The notes under the pieces: generated by a model
Database searches by the model: none
Seen by the model: the letters and a program-made list of their open reading frames with translations, nothing else
What the model was told of the DNA's origin: nothing
Shown here: piece by piece, positions 1 through 8,280 of the stretch
How positions within the stretch are numbered: position 1 is the first letter of the stretch
Layout: the number at the start of each line of letters is the position of its first letter
Assembly: GCA_015064965.1 (NCBI GenBank)
Contig: SVRG01000004.1
Span: 1-58,436, forward strand
Direction of reading: 5' to 3'
Source of the DNA: Oscillospiraceae bacterium
Lineage (GTDB): Bacteria; Bacillota; Clostridia; Oscillospirales; CAG-272
Length of the DNA: 58,436 nucleotides
Program-made: the position numbers and the translations under genes

Positions 1-1806
1 ATAGAAACAGGCGAGCTTGTTTACACCTATACATATTCAATCGGCGCAAATGCTGCACACACCGCTTGGAACAGCGGCACCGTAGGACTCCGCTTGAACG
101 GCACTTCCGGTTGCTTTGACAACTTTAGAATCATCTCTGCTGCAGAAGTGGAAGTTCCGTCAATCCTTCCCGCGGATGATTTTGGCGAAGGTATGACATT
201 TGGCGAACACACGGGCAGATATATGTTTGAAAAGGCACTCCCGTCAATGCCGCTCACCTTTGAGGCGACAATGTATTTCCCTTACAATACAACTTCCGAC
301 TACACACACATCATAATGTCTAACTTTGAGCGTACACAAACCGGATTTATTTTTGAGATAACCAAGGGCGGTCAGCCTTCGATTATGTTTTATGATGAAG
401 CGGATGTCAGAACACGCTACACCTTCTCAAACGTAAGTGTTTACAACGGCAAAAAAACACATATAGCTATTGCCGCAGATGTTAACGGCGGCAAGATTCA
501 TTGCTATGTCAACGGCGAAATAGCGCAGTCACTTGACCTTACAGTAAATCCCACAGATTTTGAAACTTCGCATATGGCATTCGGCACGGACAACCGCGAG
601 GTAAATCTCAACCTGTTCCGCGGTGCGCTTATAAATGTTGCGTGCTATGCAGACACCCGAACTGCGGATGAAATCAAGGCTGACATGACCGCGCAGGGAA
701 CCGATGACTTGATTTTGCACTTTGATATGTCAAAAATGAAATACGGCGAAGAAGCCATCGACCTCTCCGATAGCAAAAACAATGCGGTTTACGAGCAATA
801 TTGGTATGACGAAATTGATAATATCACCGATTATGCTTATTCAATCGCCGTTGTAGGCGACACTCAGCACAACGTACAGTATCAGCCCGAAACCTTTGCA
901 AAGCTTTATGATTGGCTTAAAGCAAATGCGGCTGACAAGAAAATGGCATTCATGCTCGGACTCGGCGATATCACCAATGATAATACCGATGAGCAGTGGA
1001 CATATTCTCTTGAAAATATCGCAAAACTTGACGGTGTTATCCCGTATGCACTCTCAAGAGGTAATCACGACGGCACCGCCGCAAGTTATTCTTCAAAATT
1101 TGACGATACCCCATATGCGGCGGCAATCGGAGAAAACTACTATTCAAACCGCGCAAACTCCTATCAGGAGTTTAAAGCGGGCAACGTAAACTACCTTGTA
1201 ATTACTCTCAACTATAACCCCTCGGATGCAGAACTTGCATGGGCAAAGGGGATTGCGGACGCACATCCTTATCACAGAGTAATTGCCATCACTCACTCAA
1301 ACCTTAGAGCCGATGGCGAATACAACATCCATGGCGAGAATGTATGGAACAAGTTCGCAAAGCTTTGTCCCAACGTTGAAATGGTGCTTTCCGGACACGT
1401 TTTCAATGACAAGATAATAAGAGTTGAAAGCGTTGGCGATGCAGGAAACGTCGTAAAACAGTTTATGATAAACGGTCAGTGTGCAGACTGCACACGTATC
1501 TACGACGATAAAGAAGCCGCAGGACTTGTTGCAATGTTCTACTTTGATGAAAGCGGCAAGAATTTAAAGGTTGAGTATTACTCCACTTCACTTAACAAAT
1601 ACTTCATGGAGTGCAACCAGTTTGAAACCACCGTCGGAAACACTGTTTGTGATACCAATTATGACGGAAGTGTTACTATTGCCGATGCTATGGATATAAT
1701 CAAATCAATATTAAATGATTCGGTATGCTATAACGGTGATGCAAACGGTGATTTAAAACTCGGACTTACGGATGTTTTGCGTGCAATTAAACAAATTGTA
1801 AAATAA
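1..1806 (+). CDS. Exported LamG-like jellyroll + calcineurin-like metallophosphoesterase + C-terminal dockerin (5' truncated)
   Basis: Frame 1 is open from base 1, so the true start lies upstream. LamG-like segment HIAIAAD..KIHCYVNG; MPP motifs GDTQ, GDIT, GNHD, ITHS, SGH; dockerin loops DTNYDGSVTIADA and DANGDLKLGLTDV. Confidence 0.85.
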   Translation: METGELVYTYTYSIGANAAHTAWNSGTVGLRLNGTSGCFDNFRIISAAEVEVPSILPADDFGEGMTFGEHTGRYMFEKALPSMPLTFEATMYFPYNTTSDYTHIIMSNFERTQTGFIFEITKGGQPSIMFYDEADVRTRYTFSNVSVYNGKKTHIAIAADVNGGKIHCYVNGEIAQSLDLTVNPTDFETSHMAFGTDNREVNLNLFRGALINVACYADTRTADEIKADMTAQGTDDLILHFDMSKMKYGEEAIDLSDSKNNAVYEQYWYDEIDNITDYAYSIAVVGDTQHNVQYQPETFAKLYDWLKANAADKKMAFMLGLGDITNDNTDEQWTYSLENIAKLDGVIPYALSRGNHDGTAASYSSKFDDTPYAAAIGENYYSNRANSYQEFKAGNVNYLVITLNYNPSDAELAWAKGIADAHPYHRVIAITHSNLRADGEYNIHGENVWNKFAKLCPNVEMVLSGHVFNDKIIRVESVGDAGNVVKQFMINGQCADCTRIYDDKEAAGLVAMFYFDESGKNLKVEYYSTSLNKYFMECNQFETTVGNTVCDTNYDGSVTIADAMDIIKSILNDSVCYNGDANGDLKLGLTDVLRAIKQIVK

Positions 1807-1810
1807 TACG

Positions 1811-1836
1811 AAAGCCTCTCGCAACGAGAGGCTTTT
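1811..1836 (+). terminator. Intrinsic terminator
   Basis: AAAGCCTCTCG-CAA-CGAGAGGCTTTT hairpin directly after the stop codon. Confidence 0.8.
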
Positions 1837-1856
1837 GTTATACTGAAATCTGTGCC

Positions 1857-1950
1857 TTTTCCTTACACTTGGTAGGATGCAAGACCGATGTTTGCCATGT
1901 TTTACTAAAAGCGATGGCGTTTAGCCATCGAGGCAAATTCTTATGCAACA
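1857..1950 (+). repeat. Degenerate copy of a tRNA-Asn-derived repeat with REP-like hairpins
   Basis: TTTTCCTTACACTTGGTAGGATGCAAGAC matches TTTTCCTTACACTCGGTAGAGCGCATGAC at 13879. A TTTGCC..GGCAAA stem encloses the hairpin CGATGGC-GTTTA-GCCATCG, and the GGCAAATTC..CAACA tail is shared with 14100-14118. Confidence 0.6.
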
Positions 1951-1972
1951 TTAAGTCTTTTATCCGATCACA

Positions 1973-3352
1973 TTAGTGGTCGGATTTTTTGTTTGTGACG
2001 ACAGAGTTATCAGTATTTTTAGTGGGCGATACTTTTAGCGTCAGATATAAAATCATGGTAAATACTGCACTCGCAGAGCAGGATGCGAGCGAGCTAAGCC
2101 AAACTCCGTTCAGCTTTAAAAAAGGCGTCATAATAAACAGGGCTGCTATAGGAAAGACAAGTGTACCGAAAAATGATGTAAACATTGAGCGCACCGGTCT
2201 CTCGAGTGCAGTAAAATATGAGGAAAGACACATATCCACCCAGCCGGTAATATAGGAAAGCGCAAACAATTTCATTGCGGTAATGCTTACAGTCAATAGT
2301 TCGGTATCTTCAGGTTTTATAAAGAGCGGTGCTACATACGGACCTGCAAAGAACATAAACAGTAAAGATGCGACTGACAGCACGATTGCTCCTAAAATAA
2401 CATGCCTGAGTATTGCTTTTACTTTATCTATGAGCCCTGCGCCATAGCAATAACTTATAGCAGGTTGCAAAGAATCAGCCATACCGAATACAAGCATTCC
2501 AACAATACTGTCTACATACATAATAACTGAGAATGCCGCAACAGCAGTTGTTCCGCCGTATTTTAACAAGAAGAAATTAAACACGATAGACATTATTGAC
2601 ATAGATATACTACTGAAAAATTCGCTGGAGCCGTTGACAAGAATGCGAAAGAAAACCGATTTTTTAATATTACCTTTGACGTAATACAAATCCATACGCT
2701 TTTTTCGGAACATAAAAAGAGTGATAACTGAGCCGAGAGCCATTGCAAGGCAGCTTGTAAATGCAGCCGCCCAAACTCCTTGACCGAGGAAGACAATCAG
2801 TATTACATCAAGAACAATATTCATCCCTTGCGTCAAAATGCTCAGCCACATAGAAAGGTTTTCCTTGCCGCAAACACGAAGATAGTTATCCGTTGCATGG
2901 TATATGAGCATAAGCGGTGCGAAAGCGGCATAGATACGGGTATAGGTGATGCCATATTCGATTGACAGTTCTGTAGCGCCGGGAGCTAAGAATCGCACAA
3001 AACTGTCGGTAAATGCAAGACCTAAAACACCGAGCAAACATGAAATCAAGAAAATAACTTTAAGCGTAAAAGTGAAAACTTTTGATGCTTCTTCTTGTTT
3101 TTTCTCGCCGAGCAGCACGGCAATACGCACTGATGCTCCGGTTGCAATCAGGTTGGCAAAGCCGAAAACAATCATAATAATAGGCATAATCAGGTTAACC
3201 GCAGCAAGGGCGTCGCCGCCGATAAAGCGACCTACAAACACCCCATCAGCGATTTGATAGAGTGCACCAAATGCCATTGTGATCATAGAAGGTACCGCAC
3301 AGCGAAAAAATAATTTCGATGGTGGTAGCGTTTCAAAAATCCTTGAATCCAT
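1973..3352 (-). CDS. MATE family efflux transporter (MepA-like)
   Basis: About 12 hydrophobic segments; motifs LYQIADGVFVGRFIGGDALAAVN and QPAISYCYGAG. Start moved to the ATG at 3352, which follows a GGAGG RBS. Confidence 0.92.
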   Translation of the reverse strand: MDSRIFETLPPSKLFFRCAVPSMITMAFGALYQIADGVFVGRFIGGDALAAVNLIMPIIMIVFGFANLIATGASVRIAVLLGEKKQEEASKVFTFTLKVIFLISCLLGVLGLAFTDSFVRFLAPGATELSIEYGITYTRIYAAFAPLMLIYHATDNYLRVCGKENLSMWLSILTQGMNIVLDVILIVFLGQGVWAAAFTSCLAMALGSVITLFMFRKKRMDLYYVKGNIKKSVFFRILVNGSSEFFSSISMSIMSIVFNFFLLKYGGTTAVAAFSVIMYVDSIVGMLVFGMADSLQPAISYCYGAGLIDKVKAILRHVILGAIVLSVASLLFMFFAGPYVAPLFIKPEDTELLTVSITAMKLFALSYITGWVDMCLSSYFTALERPVRSMFTSFFGTLVFPIAALFIMTPFLKLNGVWLSSLASCSASAVFTMILYLTLKVSPTKNTDNSVVTNKKSDH

Positions 3353-3359
3353 AATAACC

Positions 3360-3525
3360 TCCAAAAAACAAAAAAGCCCAGCAACGCTAAAAAGCGTAAC
3401 CGAGCTCACTCGACATCTTATCTGACAGGCGGCCTGCAAGCAGTTGCTTACGATCCCCTACACTACGGTGTACTGTCCTCCGATGACTTTTTACATATTA
3501 TAGCACGAGCAGATACATAAGTCAA
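3360..3525 (-). promoter_or_regulatory. Sigma-A promoter plus structured ~135-nt 5' leader ending in an intrinsic terminator (candidate attenuator or riboswitch)
   Basis: Minus strand TTGACT-17-TATAAT (3525-3497). Hairpins TACAC-CGTA-GTGTA and GTAAGC-AACT-GCTTGC. Terminator AGCTCGGTTACGCT-TTTT-AGCGTTGCTGGGCT-TTTTT just before the RBS. Confidence 0.65.
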
Positions 3526-3530
3526 TAGTT

Positions 3531-3619
3531 ACTGTTAATCATGATGACGCTGGTAGACGTTTCGCAAAGCGAAACTCTGCACGGTTGCGTAGCAGACGTT
3601 GCGAGCGTCCAGCAGGGGA
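3531..3619 (+). repeat. tRNA-Asn(GTT) 3' half with a 55-nt multi-hairpin segment in place of the T-loop
   Basis: ACTGTTAATCATGATG anticodon arm. T-stem GCTGG (3549-53) / CCAGC (3609-13) is intact and followed by AGGGGA. The loop contains GTTTCGC-AAA-GCGAAAC and other hairpins. Confidence 0.7.
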
Positions 3620-3694
3620 TTTACAACGGTAGCAGCGGTGTGGTATAATAAAGCCAAAAGTTTGATTAATTGGAATTTGACGGGTGATTTTGAT

Positions 3695-4198
3695 ATGGGT
3701 ATTATTATTGAAAAGGCAACTTTTGAAGATGCGGCCGAGATCCTGCATTATCTAAAACAGATAGGTATAGAAACAGATAATTTGACATTCGGTGCAGAAG
3801 GGCTGCCGATTACAACAGAATCAGAAGCGGCATACATTAGTCAAATTGAAAACTCTTGTGATGAAATTATGCTTATCGCAAAAGAGAATGGAAAAATCGT
3901 TGGAAATGCAAGTCTAAGTCGCTTGCCGCGACGAATGAAGCACCGAGGAGATTTTAGTGTATCTGTTCTGAAGGAGTACTGGAACAAAGGTATTGGAAGT
4001 CAGTTGTTACTTGAAGTGATCAATTTTGCTAAAGAGAATTCATTTGAAGTAATTGACTTGCAAGTTCGTAGTGACAATTTGTCGGCAATACATTTATATG
4101 AAAAGTTTGGTTTTAAGAAAATAGGAATGCACCCTGCTTTCTTTAAGATTGGTTGTGAAGAAATATCTTTTGATTATATGTACTTAAAGATACAGTAA
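3695..4198 (+). CDS. GNAT family N-acetyltransferase
   Basis: Acetyl-CoA motif SVLKEYWNKGIGSQLL and N..AIHLYEKFGF. Start moved to the ATG at 3695; TGGTATAAT extended -10 at 3651-3659. Confidence 0.9.
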   Translation: MGIIIEKATFEDAAEILHYLKQIGIETDNLTFGAEGLPITTESEAAYISQIENSCDEIMLIAKENGKIVGNASLSRLPRRMKHRGDFSVSVLKEYWNKGIGSQLLLEVINFAKENSFEVIDLQVRSDNLSAIHLYEKFGFKKIGMHPAFFKIGCEEISFDYMYLKIQ

Positions 4199-4225
4199 AT
4201 CAAATTCCAATATGGCTAACAGAAA

Positions 4226-4272
4226 GACTGTTAATCATGATGTCACAGGTTCGAGCCCTGTTCGGGGAACCA
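4226..4272 (+). repeat. tRNA-Asn(GTT) 3' fragment (att-like remnant, not an intact tRNA)
   Basis: GACT-GTT-AATCATGATGTC-ACAGG-TTCGAGC-CCTGT-TCGGGGA-A-CCA: anticodon loop, perfect T arm, acceptor 3' strand and CCA. No 5' acceptor strand or D arm upstream. Confidence 0.85.
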
Positions 4273-4275
4273 TGA

Positions 4276-4302
4276 AAAGCCTTGTATTTACAAGGCTTTT
4301 TT
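4276..4302 (+). terminator. Hairpin after the tRNA fragment
   Basis: AAAAGCCTTGTA-TT-TACAAGGCTTTT followed by further Ts. Confidence 0.6.
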
Positions 4303-4467
4303 CCATTTTTATGGCATGACTGTTGAATAAGTGAGAGGCTTGTTTTATGGGCGCTACTAACATCATTTTTAAATCAAATTTCTGCTGGACTTCTCCTAAA
4401 CCTTGTGGTATAGTGTTGCGTTGCAAGGAGGTGCAACACTATGAAGCACAGAAAACAACAAGTGAAG

Positions 4468-4562
4468 AAACGACCGTATTACCGGGGACATTACATCTCG
4501 GTGATGCGGTCGTTTTGATATAATAAGGAAGAGAATGGTAGAAAGATGATACTTGAAGAATT
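4468..4562 (+). repeat. ~95-bp direct repeat, copy A (hairpin + RBS + start of a DUF6809-like gene)
   Basis: AAACGACCGTATTACCG..CGGTGATGCGGTCGTTTT..AAGGAAGAGAA..AGAAAGATGATACTTGAAGAATT is nearly identical to 19995-20085. Confidence 0.85.
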
Positions 4563-4646
4563 ATGGTACGGAATCATCGGGAATTATTCAAATATGGATT
4601 TAGACTCGGATGCAGGATTATATTAGAGGTGACAGAAGTACGGTGA
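4546..4646 (+). pseudogene. Internally deleted DUF6809-like gene
   Basis: N-terminus MILEELWYG and, in another frame, C-terminus ELFKYGFRLGCRIILEVTEVR*. Both match DUF6809 ends as recalled; the middle of the gene is missing. Confidence 0.6.
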
Positions 4647-4670
4647 AGCATGCAAAGAGAACGAGAAAAT

Positions 4671-4704
4671 AAACAGAAGCCTTGCGTCTGCAAGGCTTCT
4701 GTTT
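4671..4704 (-). terminator. Terminator of the DeoR gene
   Basis: AAACAGAAGCCTTGC-GTCT-GCAAGGCTTCTGTTT abutting the stop codon. Confidence 0.75.
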
Positions 4705-5494
4705 ATTCACACTCAACAACGATGAGTTCTGTTTTGGTGTTTTCAAGTACTTTTAATATATCGTTTGGAACAGGGTTTTTATTATCGGTGATAATGCGGT
4801 CAAAGTCGGAGAGCCTTGCATACGTGCAGGTGGATTTTTTGCCGAGCTTAAAGCTTTCTACAAGCAGTACCGAAACCGCAGAGCGCTTTGCAACACGGGA
4901 GAAATATGCGCTATCGGTAGGGAGATATACAGATGCACCCTCGGCAGAAAGAGCGGTGCAGGAACAGATAGAAAGGTCAAAAGTATAGGTGTCAAGCACG
5001 TCCGTTGCGGCATTTCCTATAAGGCTGACAGTTTTTAGACAAAGTTCTCCGCCGGTCATAATAACGTTGCCGCTTATTTCACCGAGTCTGATTTTATCTG
5101 CAAGTTCTTCGGCAAGTGAAAGCGAATTTACAACGAAGGTGACATCGTTTAGTCCCGACAGTAGACTTGTCATTGTTGTTATTGATATTCCACGTGTAAG
5201 CGCAACAACCATATTGCTATGAAACATATTTGCAGCTTCATTACATATTGCAAGTCTTTCTGTTTGATTGTCGCTGTTTTTTCGCAGATATTCTTTCTCT
5301 TTTCTATAGGGAAGTTTTATAGCAGAAGCGCCGCCACGCACTTTTTTGAGAAGGTTTTTCTCGCTTAAGACGTTAATGTCACGGCGGATAGTTTCATCGG
5401 AAACGTCGAGCGCAGCAGCCGCCTCTAAAATAGAAACCGAGCCGTTTTTTTTGATAGCGTTTAATATATACTGATGTCTTTCTTCTGCACGCAT
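4703..5494 (-). CDS. DeoR/GlpR family transcriptional regulator
   Basis: HTH VSDETIRRDINVL..KVRGGA; C-terminal sugar-phosphate sensor domain (TGG, ESFKLG, FDRIITD). Start moved to MRAEERH after an AAAGGAG RBS. Confidence 0.93.
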   Translation of the reverse strand: MRAEERHQYILNAIKKNGSVSILEAAAALDVSDETIRRDINVLSEKNLLKKVRGGASAIKLPYRKEKEYLRKNSDNQTERLAICNEAANMFHSNMVVALTRGISITTMTSLLSGLNDVTFVVNSLSLAEELADKIRLGEISGNVIMTGGELCLKTVSLIGNAATDVLDTYTFDLSICSCTALSAEGASVYLPTDSAYFSRVAKRSAVSVLLVESFKLGKKSTCTYARLSDFDRIITDNKNPVPNDILKVLENTKTELIVVECE

Positions 5495-5544
5495 GTGTAA
5501 TTCTCCTTTTATATTATCTCTTGATTTGATTTTATAACATATTT

Positions 5545-5640
5545 TTGTGGTTTTCAATAGCAAAACCACAATTATCACCTATTTTTATAAAAAAACAAAC
5601 AAATCGCCTTTGGAAAAATAAAAAATACCACAAAACCACA
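5545..5640. promoter_or_regulatory. Candidate DeoR operator repeats in the divergent intergenic region
   Basis: Inverted repeat TTGTGGTTTT-7-AAAACCACAA (5545-5571) plus tandem ACCACAAAACCACA (~5627-5640). Confidence 0.45.
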
Positions 5641-5744
5641 CAATTTTTCGTCAAAAGGGAGAAAGGGAAGTCAACCACTTGAAAGCGATTTTTATAAAAA
5701 ATATAATAGAATTGGCGAAGAATTAATCAAAGGAGAACTATAAA

Positions 5745-6509
5745 ATGAAAGTGCTTTTAGTAGTGGTAGACGGAATGCGTCCTGATGCAATGGTGCAGAT
5801 TCCGAAAGCCCGTGAACTTATGAAAAAAGCAACGTATACACTAAACGGAAGAACTGTGTTTGTATCGGCGACTCTGCCTGCACATATGTCGCTATTCCAT
5901 AGTGTAGATACGGAAAGGCACGGAACAATACTTAATTCCTTTGTTCCGCAGGTTCGTCCTATAAATGGACTTAGCGAGGTGCTCAAGGCAAACGGAAAGA
6001 GCAGTGCCTTTTTTCACACGTGGGAGCTTTTGCGTGACTTGAACCGCCCCGGCTCTGTTGACTTTTCTTATTTCTATGCGGCAAAGGTTGTTGGATTTGA
6101 AAGGGCAAACAGCATTGTTACAGATGCCGCCATAAAGCACATATCGGAGTGGCACACGGATTTTGCATTCTTGTATCTCGCCAATACAGATACCGCCGGT
6201 CACAAATACGGATGGATGAGCAAGGAATATATGGAGTCAATGGCAGAAGCATTTGATAACATTGAAAGAATAATGCAAACTCTCGATAATGATTGGTCAG
6301 TAATTATCGTGTCCGACCACGGCGGAAATGGAAGACATCATGGCACGGATTCTAAGGAAGATATGACCATTCCGCTAATGTTTATAGGCAAGCCTTTTGA
6401 AATGGGAAAAGAACTTGAAACGGTAAGCATTAAAGACGTTGCGCCTACAATAACAACGCTCTTTGGTATTGAGCCTGACGAAGACTGGGAAGGAAAAAGC
6501 ATTATATAA
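5745..6509 (+). CDS. Alkaline phosphatase superfamily protein (nucleotide pyrophosphatase/phosphodiesterase-like)
   Basis: VVDGMRPD, catalytic Thr in SATLPAH, TDTAGH, SDHGG, HG, DVAPTI. No signal peptide. Confidence 0.88.
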   Translation: MKVLLVVVDGMRPDAMVQIPKARELMKKATYTLNGRTVFVSATLPAHMSLFHSVDTERHGTILNSFVPQVRPINGLSEVLKANGKSSAFFHTWELLRDLNRPGSVDFSYFYAAKVVGFERANSIVTDAAIKHISEWHTDFAFLYLANTDTAGHKYGWMSKEYMESMAEAFDNIERIMQTLDNDWSVIIVSDHGGNGRHHGTDSKEDMTIPLMFIGKPFEMGKELETVSIKDVAPTITTLFGIEPDEDWEGKSII

Positions 6510-6532
6510 ATATTATTTAAGGAGAAAAAACA

Positions 6533-8278
6533 ATGAAAAAAAGTACAATTGGTATCTTGCTTGTTTTTGTTTGCGCATGCATCTTCACCTGCGTTGCATT
6601 TGCGGCGGAAGACTGCATGACGTTTCAAAACTATGGCATTTACAAAACAGAGGAGCCGCTTGATGTGATTCCTGCAACTTATGAGGCATGGGTAAAAATC
6701 CCCGAGGGACGAACCGCTTCTTCAGGAATTGTTATGTCTAATGCACACTCGAGTGTGTATCCGTCATTCAGTATTTATGTATATACAAACGGCGCACCTA
6801 TCTTGAAATTTTTGAATAAGACTTCGGACGGGGATTACAGAGAGCAGAAAACATATACTTTTAGCAAAGTAAACCTTGCAACTGGAAAATGGGAACATCT
6901 TGCTTTTGTTCATGATACTGAAAGTGGATATGTTTACTGTTATGTAAACGGTGAACTTGCAGAAACACAGAAAATCTCATTTGAACCCATACTTTCACCT
7001 ATTCCTTTTGTGCTCGGTGGATCTGATACTTCCGGCAACGAGGATTATTTTAAGGGAGCTTTACGTAGCGCAACTCTTTATTCTGATGCTCGCTCTGCTG
7101 ATGAAATTAAAGCCGATATGGTATCGGTTGATGTGACTGACGAAAATCTTTTGGTGCATTATGATCTTACAAAGGCCGAGTGGGGAAAGGACATTCCCGA
7201 TGTGGCAGGCAATCAGGATATGATTTACAATCAATATTGGTATGACGAGGCACCTGCACTTCCCGAATACGCATATTCCATTGCGGTAATCGGTGACCAA
7301 CAGACACAGCTTTACAGATTTTCTGACACACTTCACTTTACATACGATTGGCTGCTCGCAAACAAGGATACAAAGAAAATCGGTTACGTTGTAAACGTAG
7401 GTGACTATACGCAGACGATAGCAGGAAAAACATCAGAATTTGAACTTGCAATTTCGCAATTTAAACGCCTTGCCGGAAAACTTCCTTTAATCGTAGCAAG
7501 AGGTAATCACGATTTACCCGCATATCACAATCAGTATTTGAATTATACGGGTTATACTTCGGATATTGTCGGAAAATATAATGACGAACTTGTTGATATT
7601 TATAAGACTGCGAGAATAGGCGATACGGACTATCTTTTTATCACTTTGGATTATGGACCTACTGATGAAGAAATTGCATGGGCGAACAAAGTTACCGAAG
7701 AGCATCCAAATCATAAGGTTATTGTCGTAACACATAGTTATATGTGGGAAGATGGCACTACTACCGATGAAAATGATGGAGCATCTCCTTCTTTGCACGG
7801 TTATCCTAACAATGGAAAAACACTTTGGGAGAAGTATGTTTCAAAGCACGAAAATATCGTGCTTGTGCTTTCGGGACATATTGATTCCGACTTTATCCGT
7901 GCTACCAAGGCGGTTGGCGAGAATGGCAACGTTGTTACACAAATGCTTATAGATCAGCAGGGTGTTGACCTTGATGTGCCCACAGGTCTTGTTTGCATGC
8001 TCTATTTCAGCGAGGACGGTAATATTGTAAATACACAGTATTATTCTACTGTGAGAAGACAGTATTTCCGCATTGAAGATAACAACTATACAATGTATCT
8101 CGGCGAGCGTAGCGGAGATTGCAACGGCGACGGTACTATTACCGTAGCAGATGCAATTGCGGCAATTTCGTCGGCAATGGGAGGCGAGATAAATAAGAAT
8201 GCAGACGTTAACGGTGACGGAAAAGTTACCTTAAATGATGCACTTGTCATCATGCAGACGGTGGCGAAAGGAGAATAA
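6533..8278 (+). CDS. Secreted LamG + metallophosphoesterase + dockerin protein (paralog of 1-1806)
   Basis: Signal peptide ending AFA; WEHLAFV..YVNGE LamG segment; GDQQ, GDY, GNHD, VTHS, SGH; dockerin loops GDCNGDGTITVADA and DVNGDGKVTLNDA. Confidence 0.88.
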   Translation: MKKSTIGILLVFVCACIFTCVAFAAEDCMTFQNYGIYKTEEPLDVIPATYEAWVKIPEGRTASSGIVMSNAHSSVYPSFSIYVYTNGAPILKFLNKTSDGDYREQKTYTFSKVNLATGKWEHLAFVHDTESGYVYCYVNGELAETQKISFEPILSPIPFVLGGSDTSGNEDYFKGALRSATLYSDARSADEIKADMVSVDVTDENLLVHYDLTKAEWGKDIPDVAGNQDMIYNQYWYDEAPALPEYAYSIAVIGDQQTQLYRFSDTLHFTYDWLLANKDTKKIGYVVNVGDYTQTIAGKTSEFELAISQFKRLAGKLPLIVARGNHDLPAYHNQYLNYTGYTSDIVGKYNDELVDIYKTARIGDTDYLFITLDYGPTDEEIAWANKVTEEHPNHKVIVVTHSYMWEDGTTTDENDGASPSLHGYPNNGKTLWEKYVSKHENIVLVLSGHIDSDFIRATKAVGENGNVVTQMLIDQQGVDLDVPTGLVCMLYFSEDGNIVNTQYYSTVRRQYFRIEDNNYTMYLGERSGDCNGDGTITVADAIAAISSAMGGEINKNADVNGDGKVTLNDALVIMQTVAKGE

Positions 8279-8280
8279 TA

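Noticed and set aside
3360-3495. Naming the MATE leader as a guanidine-IV or ZTP riboswitch
   Set aside because: The consensus elements I recall could not be matched convincingly by eye, so it is left unassigned.
4226-4272. Intact tRNA-Asn gene
   Set aside because: The 5' acceptor strand and D arm are absent, so this is only a 3' fragment.
4314-4324. Fifth tRNA-Asn piece (GCATGACTGTT)
   Set aside because: Only 11 nt, too short to separate from chance.
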